From Squalus acanthias (Eukaryota), in NCBI GenBank assembly GCA_030390025.1, contig CM059432.1, positions 127,598,001-127,662,000 of the forward strand: a DNA stretch of 64,000 bases, given 5' to 3'. Below are positions 12,050 through 25,546 of this stretch, piece after piece (position 1 is the stretch's first letter; every line of letters starts with the position of its first letter). Made by a program: the position numbers and the translations under genes. Under the pieces are notes generated by a model. It did not search any database. It was given only the letters and a program-made list of their open reading frames with translations, and was not told the origin of the DNA.

Positions 12050-15000
12050 TCTTACCCTTTAATCTATTTTCCCAGTCCACTTTAGCCAACTCTGTCCTCA
12101 TACCCTTGTCATTGCCTTTATTTAAGTTTAGGACACGAGTTTCAGACCCAAGTTTTTCACTCTCAAACTGAATTTGAAATTCTACCATGCTATGATCACT
12201 TTTTCCAAGGGGATCCTTTACTATGAGATCATTAATTAATCCTGTCTCATTACACATTACCAGATCAAGAATAGCCTGCTCCCTGGTTGGTTCCTCAACG
12301 TATTGCTCTAAGAAACCATCCCGAATACACTCTATGAACTTGTCCTCAAGGCTACCCTTGCCAATTTGATTTGTCCAATCTATGTGATGATTAAAATCGC
12401 CCATGATTATAAGAACATAAGAACATAAGAAATAGGAGCAGGAATAGGCCACCTGGCCCCTCGAGACTGCTCCGCCATTCAATAAGATCATGGCTGATCT
12501 TAGGCTCAAAGCCACTTCCCTGCCCGCTCCCCATAACCCTTCACTCCCTTATCTTGCAAAGATCTGTCTATCTCCACCTTAAATGTATTTAATGATCCAG
12601 CCTCCACAGCTCTCTGCGGCAGAGAATTCCACAGATTTATGGCCCTCTGAGAGAAGAAATTCCTCCTCATCTCAGTTCTAAAAGGGCGACCCTTTATTCT
12701 GAAACTATGCCCCTGAGTTCTAGATTCCCCCACGAGGGGAAACATCTTCTCTGCATCTATCTTGTCGAGCCCCCTCAGTATCTTATATGTTTCAATAAGA
12801 TCACCTCTCATTCTTCTAAATTCCAATGAGTATAGTCCCAACCTGCTCAACCTTTCCTCATAAGTCAACCCCTCATCTCTGGAATTAACCTTGTGAATCG
12901 TCTCTGAACTGCCTCCAATGCAAGTATATCCTTCAATAAATAAGGAGACCAAAACTGTACGCAGTACTCAAGGTGTGGTCTCACCAATACCCTGTACAGT
13001 TGTAGCAGGACTTCCCTGCTTTTATACTCCAACCCCCTTGAAATAAAGGCCAACATTCCATTTGCCTTTTTGATTACTGCTGTACCTGCATGCTAACCTT
13101 TTGTGTTTCATGCACAAGGACCCCAGGTCCCTCTGAATTGTAGCATTTTGTAATCTTTCTCCATTTAAATAATAATTTGCTTTTTTATTTTTCCTGCCAA
13201 AGTGGATAACCTCGCACTTTCCCACATTATACTCCATCTGCCAAATGTTTGCCCACTCACTTAGCCTGTCTATATCCCTTTGCAGATTCTTTGAGTCCTC
13301 TGCACAACTTGCTTTCCCACCCATCTTTGTATCATCTGCAAACTTGGCTACATTACACTCGGTCCCTTCATCCAAGTCATTAATGTAGATTGTAAATAGT
13401 TGAGGCCCCAGCACCGATCCCTGTGGTACCCCACTAGTTACCGTTTGCCAACCGGAAAATGACCCATTCATCCCGACTCTCTGCTTTCTGTTAGTTAGCC
13501 AATTCTCTATCCATGCTAATATATTACCCCCAACTCCATGAGCTCTTATCTTATGCAGTAACCTTTTATGTGGCACCTTATCGAATGCCTTCTGGAAATC
13601 CAAATACACCACATCCACTGGCTCACCTTTGTCCACCCTACTCGTTACATCCTCAAAGAACTCCAGCAAATTTGTTAAACATGATTTTCCTTTCATAAAA
13701 CCATGCTGACTGCTTGACTGCATTATGATTTTCCAAATGCCCTGCTACTGCTTCCTTAATGAAGGACTCCAGCATTTTCCCAACGACAGATGTTAGGCTA
13801 ACTGGTCTATAGTTTCCTGCTTTCTGTCTCCCTCCTTTCTTAAATAGGGGTGTTACATTTGCGGTTTTCCAATCCGCTGGGACCTCTCCAGAGTCCAGGG
13901 AATTTTGGTATATTGCAACCAATGCATCCACTATCTCTGCAGCCACTTCTTTTAAGACCCTGGGATGCAGGCCATCTGGTCCAGGGGACTTGTCATCTTT
14001 TAGTCCCATTATTTTACCAAGTACTATTTCCTTAGTGATAGTGATTGTCTTTAGTTCCCCCCTCCCTGTGGCCCCTTGATTATCCATTATTGGGATGTTG
14101 TTAGTGTCTTCTACCGTGAAGACAGATACAAAATATTTGTTCAGAGTCTCTGCCATTTCCCCGTTCCCCATTATTAATTCCCCAGTCTCATCCTCTAAGG
14201 AACCAACGTTTACATTAGCTACTCTCTTCCTTTTTATATACCTGTAGAAGCTCTTACTATCTGTTTTAATATTTCTTGCCAGTTTACTCTCCTAATTCAT
14301 CTTCTCTCTCTTTATTATTTTTTTAGTCGTCCTTTGCTGGTTTTTAAAAATTTCCCAATCCTTTGGTCTCCCACCAATTTTACAGCATTGTATGCCTTCG
14401 TTTTCAATTTGATACCATCCTCTACTTCCTTAGTTAGCCCCGGATGGTGCTCCCTTCCCTTAAAATCTTTCTTTCTCACTGGAATATATTTTTGTTGAGA
14501 GTTATGAAATATCTCCTTGAATGTCCGCCACTGCATTTCAACTGTCTTACCCTTTCATTTATTTTTCCAGTCCACTTTAGCCAGTTCTGCCCTAATGCCA
14601 TTGTAATTGCCTTTGTTTAAGATCAGGACACTGGTTTGAGATACAACTTTCTCACCCTCTAACTGAATTTGAAATTCAACCATGCTATGATCACTCTTTC
14701 CTAGAGGATCCTTTACTATGAGATCATTTATTACTTCTGTCTCATTACACAGTACCATATCCAAGATAGCCTGCTCCCTGGTTGGTTCCATTACATACTG
14801 TTCCAGGAAACCATCCCGGATGCACTCTATGAACTCCTCCTCAAGGCTACCATGGCCAATTTGATTTGTCCAATCAATATGGAGATTAAAATCACCCATG
14901 ATTATTACCGTACCTTTTTTACAGGTCTCCATTTTTGTTGATTTATACTCTGCCCAACAGTATTGCTACTGTTCGGGGGCCTGTAGACTACACACACCAG

Positions 15001-15760
15001 AGACTTCTTCCCCTTATTATTTTTTATCTCCACCCAAACCGATTCTACATCTTGATCTTCTGAGCCAATATCACTTCTCACCACTGCACTGATCCCATCC
15101 TTTACCAACAAAGCCACCCCACCTCCCTTTCCTTTCTGTCTATCCTTCCAAATTGTCAAATACCCTGGAATATTCAGTTCCCAGCCCAGGTCACCTTGCA
15201 ACCACGTCTCTGTAATGGTGATCAGATCATACCCATTTGTATGTATTTGTGCCATCAACTCATCTATCTTGTTACAAATGCTGCGTGCATTCAGATATAG
15301 AGCTTTTAACTTTGTCTTTTTACCATTTCTCCTTGTTTTGGCCCCATTTTCTGTTGTACTCTTATTTTTAAACATTTTGTCCCTTCCTGTCACACTCTGG
15401 TTATTATTTCCCCCATCTCTATCCTGCTCTATTGCTTTCTCATTTCTCATTGACTTTTTAAATTTCCGCTCACCTGGACCCTCCCCCCCACTATTTAGTT
15501 TAAAGCCCTCTCTACAGCCCTAGTTATTCGATTCGCCAGAACTCTAGCCCCAGCATGGTTCAAGTGAAGCCCATCCAAACGGAACAGCTCCCTCTTATCC
15601 CAGTACTGGTGCCAGTGCCCCACAAATCGAAACCCATTTCTCCCACACCAGTCTTTGAGCCACTCGTTCATTTCTCTGATCTTATTGACCCTGTGCAAAT
15701 TCGCTCGTGGCTCAGGTAGTAATCCAGAGATTATTACCTTTGTGGTTCTGCTTTTTTTTT

Positions 15761-17126
15761 TGCTTGAGTTCTTTGAGAACATAACGTACAGGGTGGATAA
15801 AGGGGAACCAATGGACGTAGTGTATTTAGACTTCCAGAAGGCATTTAACAAGGTGCCACATAAAAGATTATTGCTCAAGATAAAAAATCATTGGATTGGG
15901 GGGAATATTCTGGCATGGGTGGAGGATTGGTTATCTAACAGGAAGCAGAGAGTTGGGATAAATGGTTCATTCTCGGACTGGCAACCAGTGGCCAGTGGTG
16001 TTCCGCAGGGATCGGTGCTGGGTCCCCAACTCTTTACAATCTATATTAACGATTTGGAGGAGGGGACCGAGTGTAACATATCAAAGTTTGCAGATGATAC
16101 AAAGATGGGAGGGAAAGTAGAAAGTGAGGAGGACATAAAAAACCTACAAGGGGATATAGACAGGCTGGGTGAGTGGGCGGAGATTTGGCAGATGCAATAC
16201 AATATTGGAAAATGTGAGGTTATGCACTTTGGCAGGAAAAATCAGAGAGCAAGTTATTATCTTAATGGCGAGAAACTGGAAAGTACTGCAGTAAAAAGGG
16301 ATCTGGGGGTCCTAGTGCAAGAAAATCAAAAAGTTAGTATGCAGGTGCAGCAGGTGATCAAGAAGGCCAACGGAATGTTGGCTTTTATTGCTAGGGGGCT
16401 AGATTATAAAAACAGGGAGGTACTGCTGCAGTTATATAAGGTATTGGTGAGACCGCACCTGGAATACTGCATACAGTTTTGGTGTCCATACTTAAGAAAA
16501 GACATACTTGCTCTCGAGGCAGTACTAAGAAGGTTCACTCGGTTAATCCCCGGGATGAGGGGGTGGACATATGAGGAGAGGTTGAGTAGATTGGGACTCT
16601 ACTCATTGGAGTTCAGAAGAGTGTGAGGCGATCTTATTGAAACATATAAGATTGTGAAGGGGCTTGATCGGGTGGATGCGGTAAGGATGTTCCCAAGGAT
16701 AGGTGAAACTAGAACTAGGGGGCATAATCTTAGAACAAGGGGCTGCTCTTTCAAAACTGAGATGAGGAGAAACTTCTTCACTCAGAGGGTAGTAGGTCTG
16801 TGGAATTTGCTGCCCCAGGAAGCTGTGGAAGCTACATCATTAAATAAATTTAAAACAGAAATAGACAGTTTCCTAGAAGTAAAGGGAATTAGGGGTTACG
16901 GGGAGCGGGCAGGAAATTGGACATAAGGCTGAGTTCGGATCGGTCGAGGCCCTGTGGGTGGTGTAGCGGGCCCAGGGGCTGAGTGGCCAGGTCCTGCTCC
17001 TACTTCTTGTGTTCTTTAGATTTGAGGTGAGGATCAGATCAGCCATGATCTTATTGAATGGCGGAGCAGGCTCGAAGGGCCGATTGGCCTACTCCTGCTC
17101 CTATTTCTTATGTTCTTATGTTCTTA
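15761..17126 (+). mobile_element. 5'-truncated CR1 (RT C-terminal half) inserted in ORF1 of the inner CR1
   Basis: GVPQGSVLGP and FADD motifs; (TTCTTATG)n tail; TGCTTTTT duplicated at both flanks. Confidence 0.88.
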
Positions 17127-17978
17127 TGCTTTTTAATTTAGCCCCTAGCTGCTCATACTCTCTCAGCAGAACCTCTTTCTTTGTCCTACCTATGTCATTG
17201 GTACCTACGTGGACCATGACAACTGGATCTTCCCCCTCCCACTCCAAGTTTCTCTCCAGCACAGAGGAGATGTCCTTAACCCGGGACTCACGCTCTCAGC
17301 TGCAGAGAACAGTATCTATCCCCCTAACTATACTGTCCCCTATCACTACAACATTTCTTTTTGCTCCCCCCACTTCAATGGCTCCCTGTACCACGGTGCT
17401 CTGGTCAGATTGCTCATCCTCCCTGCAATCCCTCCCCTCGTCCACCCAGGGAGCAAGAATCTCGTACCTGTTGGACAAGGCCAAGGGCTGAGGCTCCTCC
17501 ATCACCACCTTCTGGATCCCAATACCTGCCTCGCTTGTAGTCACACCCTCCTGTCCCTGACCATGGGCCAAATTGGAAGTAATTACTCTAGTGGGTGTGA
17601 CTGCCTCCTGGAATTTAGTGTCCAGGTAACGCCTCCCCTCCCTAATGTGTCGCAGTGTCTGAAGCTCGGACTCCAGCTCATCAACTCTGAGCCGAAGTTC
17701 CTCGAGTAACCAACATTTGCTGCAGATGTGGTCGCCTTGGACCTCAATGGTGTCCACCAGCTCCCACATGCAACAACAACAACACATTGCCTGGTCTCCC
17801 ATCTCAATTAATTAATTAATTAGTTTTAAAATTTGGAACATGTATATCTTTTAATGTACACCAAGGCACTTAAATTTAGACGCCCAAGTTTGGAAAAAAG
17901 TGAGAATTAGAGAAATACGCACCAACCAATCACTTACCTGCTTTCAGGTGATGACACACTTCGATTACTTTTTACTTC

Positions 17979-19651
17979 TGTAGGGGGTGGTGGTTTGTGT
18001 CAGTTTCACCTCTGACTTCTGAGCGGTTCGAATCGCTCCCACTCCCTTGGTTCTCGACCTTGGACTTATTTGGGGGTTGTGATAAAAGGTGCAGCAGACA
18101 ACTGAGTTTGATGAAAGAACTTCAATCTTTATTAAAAGGTAAAACACAAATAATAACACTATTAACACTCTAAAGGTGGGGAACACTTCGGTACAAGCGA
18201 GGGAAATGACAGTAGAACAATACTTCACCCCTCCCAACCCCACTTTACTAGCTAAGTTAGGCTTTGAAGGACCAGGGATAATGCTCACCAATCCTTTGAC
18301 AGTTGGGCTAAATCGCGGTTTTGGGGTTCGTTGTTTATGGCGGTTAGTGTCTGCCATACCCCGTATACGGTGGAGGACTTCACCTGCATATCTGGTCAGT
18401 CTTCGCGAGTCCGCTGATGCGGTAGGATGTCGATTTGGATTTATCTGGTGAGTACCCAATTTCTTTTGGTTAGCAATAGGGTTTAGAGTCTTTGGGAAAA
18501 TCTTACCATGGGGTAAGTCAGGAGTAGATTGTAGAGTGGAAACTTTGCGGTTCTTCGGGTTTTCTTCCCTTAAGTTGGTCTTTGTTGGTCGCGGTGGCCT
18601 GCTATTACCCGGTCAGTTGGGGGTAATATGCGGTTGTTGGTTTTGTGAGGCCTTTGGTTTCCGCGATGGTTTTAGGCCTTGTCTAGTGTGTCGGTTGACC
18701 TCGTGGAGCCGTTGGTGGCTTTTCGGCTTGTTGCTCCGGGTGACTGTGCTGGGACCGTTGTTGGAGGTCTGTCGAGGTGGTATCTTCATGAGCTGGACTC
18801 AGGTGTGTCTGAGTGGTGAGCGATGCCGACTCGCTTCCAGCTCGACTTGGGTCTGTGATGTTGCTCCTTGTCTCCACACTCGACTGTGTGTGTGATGCTG
18901 ATGACCCGCTTGTCTCGACCTGCCTTCACTCTCAAACTGCTTAACGGGCCTTCAATTATACTAAATTGAAGTAGCCTTATCTGCCCGTCAAATCTGCTCA
19001 GTCCATTGTCTGGTTTTGGCGGGCTCGTTAACGGTAACGACTTTACTAGCGTGTGAACTGGGTTTTAACAGGCCTTCAATCTCACCCATTGAACATGGCC
19101 TTATCTGCGCGCCAAATCTGCTCGGTTCTTTGTCTGATTTTGGCGGGCTAGTTACCAGTAACTGCTCTGTAAGTGTCAAATGGCTTTTGGGATGGCTTGC
19201 ATCCTGTCGATCTCCTCAGTTGATCACTGGTGATTGATTTCGTGTTTGGTTTTCTAGGCTGGACTCGGTCTTTCTATAGAATGGGTCTGAGTGGGTTTTA
19301 TTATGCATGTTTCTGATGAACTGTAATCGGTTTTGATGGGGCCTGTATTTTGGGTGGGACTGTCTTCTCCCAGGGTCTATTGTTCAAATGTTAATGTCTG
19401 CTGGGCTTGAGTGGGGTCATCCCGGTTCCCCAGACAGTGTAATTAACTGCAATAACCAAAACTGCTTTTACAGAGGTTGACCCCACCTCCTTGTCCCTTT
19501 ACAGGCCCAGACATGTTTTTAAAATGCCAAAACTTGGTTTTTGGTCTTAAATTCCTTAGGTTAGGCCCAAATGCATTGTTATCACTCTGAGGTAGTTCCA
19601 AAGTCCTTTTTCCTTAGGTTTTGGGGATCTGCAAATTTTGGAAACCTTACA
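17979..19651 (-). mobile_element. Long solo LTR (~1.67 kb)
   Basis: TGTAGG...CCTTACA termini; 4-bp TSD CTTC; AATAAA on - strand near 18130; no recognisable coding motifs. Confidence 0.75.
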
Positions 19652-21954
19652 CTTCTTTACACTCACTGGTCCGTTGTAGCCCCCGCTCACCTTTTAAATC
19701 TCCCGAGGTTTCGTGCTCTCCAGCCGCTCTCGCTCACCTTTTGAATCTCCCGAGGTTTCGGTTGCAGTACCTTTCTGACAAGCCCCCATTATTTATTGAT
19801 TTATACTCTGTCATACAGTGTAGCTACTATTAGGGGGCCTATAGACTCCCACCAGTGACTTCTTTCCCTTACTATTTCTTATCTCCACCCAAACTGATTC
19901 TACATCTTGAGCTTCTGAGCCAATATTATTCCTCACCACTGCAGTGATCTCATCCTTTATTAACAGAGCTACCCCACCTCCTTTTCCTTTCTGCCTATCC
20001 TTCTGAAATGTCAAATACCTCTGAATATTCAGTTCCCAGCCTTGGTCACCTTGCAACCACGTCTCTGTAATGGCTATCAGATCATACCCATTTATTTCTA
20101 TTTGTGCCGTCAACTCATCTATCTTGTTACGAATGCTGCGTGCATTCAGATAAAGAGCTTTTAATTTTACCGTATAATTTTTCCTTACTCTGACTCTATT
20201 TTCTGGTGCAATCTTATGCTTGTAAGCTCTGCCCCTTCCTGATACATTCTGGTTATCGTTACCCCTGTCGTTGCCCTGCACTATTGTCTTCTCCTTTCTC
20301 TTTGCCTTCCTAAATACCCCTTCACCTGAACCCCTATCATCTATTTCCAGCTTAGCTTTTCTCCCTTCTGATTCTACCTTCATGTTCCCATCCCCCTGCC
20401 AAGCTAGTTTAAACCCTCACCAACAGCACAAGCAAACCCCCCCCCCCGCCACGAGGATATTGGTCCCATTCCCGTTGAGGTGCAACCCGTCTGGCTTGTA
20501 GTGGTCCCACCTCCCCCAGAAACGGTTCCAATTCCTCAGGAATCTAAAGCCCTCCCTCCTACACCATCTCTCCAGCCACGCATTCACCTGCTCTATCTTC
20601 CTATTTCTGTACTCACTAGCACGTGGCACTGGTAGTAATCCAGAGATTACTACCTTTTGAGGTCCTGCTTTTTAACCTCTTTCCTAGCTCCCTAAACTCT
20701 GCCTGCAGGACCCCCTCCCTCTTTCTACCTATGTCGTTGGTACCGATACGGACCATGACCTCTGGCTGTTCACCCTCCCCCCTCAGAATGCCCTGTAGCC
20801 GTTCAGTGACATCCTTGATCCTGGAACCAGGGAGGCAACATACCATCCTGGAGTCACGTCTGCAGCCGCAGGAATGCCTGTCTGCCCCCCTAACTATTGA
20901 ATCCCCTATCACTATTGCTCTCCCTCTCCTCTCCCCCCCCCCCCCCCCCCCCCCTGCCTCCCCTGTGCAGCTGAGCCTTCCATGGTGCTGTGGACTTGGC
21001 TCTGGCTGCACTCCCCAGAGGAACCATTGCCCTCACCAGTACTCAGCACCGAATACTGGTTGGTGAGCAGGATGGGCTCATGGAACTCCTGCACCACTCT
21101 TCTGTCTGGCGGTCACCCATTCCCTCTCTGCCTTCACATTCTTAAGCTGCGGGGTGACCACCTCCTGTAACGTGCTTTCCACACAGCTCTCAGCCTCGCG
21201 AATGCACAGCAGTGACTGCAGCCGCTGCTCAAGCTCCGTAACCCAGTGCTCGAGCTGCTGTAGCTGGTGACACTTCCCGCACATCTGGTCGTCCAGACCA
21301 CGGGAGGTGTCCAGGACTTCCCACATGGCACAGGATGTGCATTCCACGGGTGTGAGCTGCCCTGCCATACCTCTACTTAACAGACTATTTACTAACCCAG
21401 CTGGAATAAACTTAAAACTTTAAGAAAGCCAAGTATAAACACTTACCAGCTACTCACCAATCAGCTCCCTCCCCTTGTGCCGACGTCACTTTTGACTTCT
21501 GATGTCACTCTTTGAAAATTCTGCCGGTGCTGAGTTGGTACCGTCACCGCCTCGCCGCTCCTCCTCGGTCCGCTCCGCCGCTGCTGCTGCTGCTGTGTGG
21601 CCTACCTGCGCCTCAGGCTCACTTTATACGCTGCCGCCGCCTCGCCGCTCCACCTAGCTCTGCTCTGCCGCCGCCGCTGCTGCTGTTCATATGTCACATC
21701 CGCCAACAAAAAAAACAAATATCGTAAGCCAAATATCCAGTTATTATATTTCTGTATAATGTACAAAATTGCAGCCTCAAGAATATGATGTGGATTTTAC
21801 GAATACTCTCCTGGCATGGAGCTTCACAGCATGGATAGTATGTCAGGAATTCTGGAAGGAAGGTCAGTGGGGCCCAAAAGGATCTTCCATCCATTAATGG
21901 CCGGGAAATCCTGTTGAAATCCCTGACCAAATCCCCAAACAAATTCAACAATGA

Positions 21955-22265
21955 CAATAACAACAACATCCACTTATATAGCATCTTTAATGTAGAAAAA
22001 CATCCCAAGGCGCTTCACAGTGGCGTCATTCGACAAAAGTGAATGCCAAGCCACAGAAAGCGATATTCAGAGGGGTGACCCAAAGATTGGTCAAAGCGGT
22101 GGTTTTTAAGGAGGGTCTTAAAGGAGGAGAAGGAGCTGGAGAGGCGGAGGGGTTTAGGGAGGGATTTCCAGAGCCTGGGGCCCAAATGGCTGAATGATTG
22201 GTCACCAATGATGGAGTGAAGGGAGGGGGGAATGCATAAGAGGCCAGAGTTGGAGGAATGAAGAG
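21955..22265 (-). mobile_element. L2-type LINE 3' fragment
   Basis: L2-like 3' end; a related fragment lies at ~39255-39630. Confidence 0.6.
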
Positions 22266-22283
22266 TTTGTAATATTTATCGAT

Positions 22284-23039
22284 GGCCCAGATTTTGTGGT
22301 CAACCTCAACGAACGGAGCACGCCGTTCATTACACTTACAGCTGCCCACAGACTTTTCATGGGCTTTTGAGCAGCAACTTACGGTAATTAGAGATCCTTT
22401 TCAGCGAGGCGCCCTCTACAGGGGATCTGGGACCTGTGTGAACAGGAAAAGTAACAGCGCGTCTCTTCAACCAATCAGATTGAAGAATCCTCACTGAGAC
22501 ATGCAGAATCTGAACCAGGAAGTATAAATCAGAATATTTAATTCAATGTAAAATCATGTACAGAAAGTGAAATAAAGCGAGGGAAAGAACGATGGGATTA
22601 AGATATAGTGATAAAAGAGACAGAAAGAAAAAGTTTAAAAAATGTATTAAACTTTTTTTAATCTCCAACAATTAAATTTTGAATGAATGAGACGCTACAC
22701 TTGTAAAATTAAATTTTCAGGGTCAGAGTTTGGCAGTAATCAAGTCTTATCAAGCCGTTAAAAATTCACTTACACTTGAATGGATAAGCCCTAACTCTCC
22801 CTAACGTGTATAGTGGGTAAGTACTGCAGCTTCATGCCCTTCATGTATTTTACTGCTGAATCTATCAGCGAGGTACTGGAAAAGCGCAGCTTGTGGAGGA
22901 GCAGGGCAAATCAGACAGCAAATTCCAGATTCCTGCGTTTAACTGCATACCTGCAGACGTGGAAGTTGCTGTCCGATTTACTCCATAATAACGGTGACAC
23001 TAATAGCCTCACCATTATTCTTGCTGCAAAATCTGGGCC
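22284..23039. mobile_element. Harbinger-type MITE (second, truncated copy at 51673 to ~52090)
   Basis: 13-bp TIRs GGCCCAGATTTTG / CAAAATCTGGGCC; internal sequence shared with the 51673 copy. Confidence 0.75.
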
Positions 23040-24553
23040 AATGTAATTCAAGGGACCGAAAGGATTGTGATGACTGAGAAATGGCTCAATCTTTGATCTC
23101 ATGGTTTACCTACTCGTTGAGATGTTAAAGTCATGTAACACACTCCAGACTGTCTTGTATATGTTTGGCTCGAAGACATATCATTATCCCAAAGAACAAG
23201 TGAAGCAAAGTTCTTCCATGATGGTGTTTTGAATAAGCATAACAGCTAGCTCCATAGTCAAAATGTCAAAACCACCTACATGCTTTCATAATATATTTAT
23301 CTGAAATCAATCACAACTTCTGTGGTTCTTCAGTGTGTGAAAAAGGATGATAGAACACGTCCTGAAAACTGTTTTATCTCCAAAGTATAATGTTTTCTAA
23401 GTCATTTAGGTAAGGTGAAATTCCTGTCTTTGCTAATTTTACATAAAAGTAGACGTGAGTATAAAGTGGTAGCACATTTTATACTTGCCTCTACATTTTC
23501 ACAAAAATTAGCAAAGACAGGAATTTCATCCCTTTCCTGTTTAAGCATCAGACTGCATTGCAATTGTCATTGGACTCCTGTAAAGGTGCGATGAGCAGCT
23601 TTAGATGAGTAAAGGTGCAAGTATAAAAAGCTTAATGATCACAGGGCTACAGGTTAGAGCTCCAAAACTGCCTCACTTGGATTTGGCACACAGTGACTGG
23701 GAGTTTTGTCAGCCATGGATGTGTCAAATTAATATTGTCTGTTCTTCCCTGTGTCAAATGAGCTTCCTCTTAACATAATGGCAGTGCAGTACTGGTACCA
23801 AGAAATGTATATAGAATCAGGTTATCATATATGGAAAAGGACAATGGAGAGAAGAATGGATTAAAAAAAAACTAAAATTAGATAAAGGAACGGAAATGAA
23901 CATGAGGTTTTACAAGTATGAAGGGTTAGATTACCTAGCTCACCCATTTCCCTGATAGGTAAGTAATAAGACACTTTTTAAAACCTGTTTATTTTGTTTT
24001 CTCTCATTTACTGTTATAAGATATTCTGAAATTGCAGTGGATGTACATCAGGTCAGCTGCAAGGGCTCATCCTATCACCGCACAACAGCTTTAAAGGCAA
24101 ATAAAGGGGAAACGTCTTTACCCAGAGAGTGGTTAGAATGTGGAACTCGCTACCACAGGGAGTAGTTGAGGCGAATAGCATAGATGCATGTAAGAGGATG
24201 CTAGATAAACACATGAGCGAGAAAGGAATAGAAGAATATGTTGATGGGGCTAGATGAAGTAGAATAGGAGGAGGCTCGTGCGGAACAGTAACACCGGCAC
24301 AGACTAGTTGGGCCGAATGGTCTGTTTCTGTGCTGTAAATTCTATGTAATGCTCTGTAAATGCAGAGATGCCCATACCTGCCCAATCTCAATACATTTGT
24401 TGGGCTCTGTTTTACATAATTGTCCTACAGTACTGACACTGTATCACAGGGTAATAGCCAGAGAGCTCTGTGTATATAGTAATGAGTTTTAGCTTCTGAC
24501 TGTACAATTCTGAAAAACAAAATACAGAAGTAAAAGATTAGCTTTGCCTTTAG

Positions 24554-24670
24554 GGTGTCTTTTGTCTGTATCCAGATTCAGAGAGTGAAGATAGTGATGA
24601 ATACAAAATCATGAAGGGAATTCCTTCCAACACTCCAGTACAGGTGCTGGTCAGAGTTAATGTGATACAG
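24554..24670 (+). pseudogene. FER1L4: Ferlin exon B (GVFCLYPDSESEDSDEYKIMKGIPSNTPVQVLVRVNVIQ), start of C2E
   Basis: tttag acceptor, gtgaga donor, 117 nt open, phase 0-0. Confidence 0.9.
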
Positions 24671-24954
24671 GTGAGAACACAAATGTTAAATTCAGCACAG
24701 TCAGTGCTAAAGGAAGGTAGGCTATTTTTTCTTCGTAAATTATAGTCTGATATGTAGTCTACGTTTTCAAAATATTTGGAGCTTTTTTGGACTTCTTAAA
24801 ACGATTCCCTGTGTGGGTAAAGCCTGAAAATACATTGTATGTGCACCTGATGCTTACTTAATTTTTAATGCAAAGCAGATGCATGATGAAATAGTTTCAC
24901 AATTCCTTTTGAATTTGCCAGAACTGGGCTAATACTTTGCTGATTTTAAATTTA

Positions 24955-25240
24955 ACAAAGTGCTGGAAATACTCAGCAGGTCAGGTAGGAACTTATGAAG
25001 AGACGAAGATAGGGTTAACTTTTCAGGTCAATGACCTTTCGTCAGGGGTTCTGACCAAAGGTCATCAACCTGAAACATGAACCCGACGTTCCCTCTTCAC
25101 AGATGCTGACTGACCTGCTGAGTGTTGGCAGCATTTTCTGGGGGTTTTATTTCAGATTTCCAGCATCTGTGGAGAGAGTAAGGTACAGTTCTGGCGCCGG
25201 GTCAGATTTCAGATTTCTAGCACCTGCAGTACTTTTATTT
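24955..25240. mobile_element. Palindromic Penelope-derived short element with degenerate hammerhead-like boxes
   Basis: Fold-back centred near 25047; CTGACCAAAGGTCATCAACCTGAAAC and its mirror. Confidence 0.6.
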
Positions 25241-25261
25241 TGTGATTTTGTTTCTTTTGAG

Positions 25262-25389
25262 GCTACCCACCTGGCTCCTGCAGACTCAAATGGAAAAGCC
25301 GATCCATATCTGACAGTTGCTTTAGGCAGCAATGTGATCGCAACGAAGGAGCACTACATTCCCAAGCAGCTGAATCCTGTCTTTGGAGA
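25262..25389 (+). pseudogene. FER1L4: Ferlin exon C ([43 protein letters not shown]), C2E
   Basis: Pyrimidine tract plus weak GAG acceptor, gtgagt donor, open, phase 0-2. Confidence 0.92.
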
Positions 25390-25400
25390 GTGAGTAGTGT

Positions 25401-25546
25401 TGTTCCCATTCTGACGAAGGGTCATCGACCTGAAACGTTAACTCTGTTTCTCTCTCTACAGATGCTGCCTGACCTGCTGAATATTTCCAGCATTTTCTGT
25501 TTTTATTTCAGATTTCCAGCATCCGCAGTATTTTGCTTTTGTGTTG
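25401..25546 (+). mobile_element. Short hammerhead-bearing element (Penelope-derived)
   Basis: 9-bp TSD GAGTAGTGT (25392-25400, 25547-25555); CTGACGA-AGGGTC(ATC)GACCT-GAAACGTT-AAC. Confidence 0.7.

Larger units (their letters stand above)
12411..19760 (-). mobile_element. Full-length CR1 LINE (inner), nested in the outer CR1
   Basis: (AAGAACAT)n tail at 12411; frameshifted ORF2 at 12506-15450; ORF1 esterase split at ~15755/17126; ORF1 zinc finger to 17802; 5'UTR split by a solo LTR. Confidence 0.85.
6901..21690 (-). mobile_element. Full-length CR1 (HER1-like) LINE, outer element, split by nested insertions
   Basis: 3' (AAGAACAT)n tail at ~6901; ORF2 RT/EN pieces at 7056-7780, 10250-11490, 12050-12410 and 19762-20383; ORF1 zinc finger plus SGNH esterase (GDSIVRG, GTND, DGLHLN) at 20417-21368; 5' end approximate. 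Confidence 0.85.
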
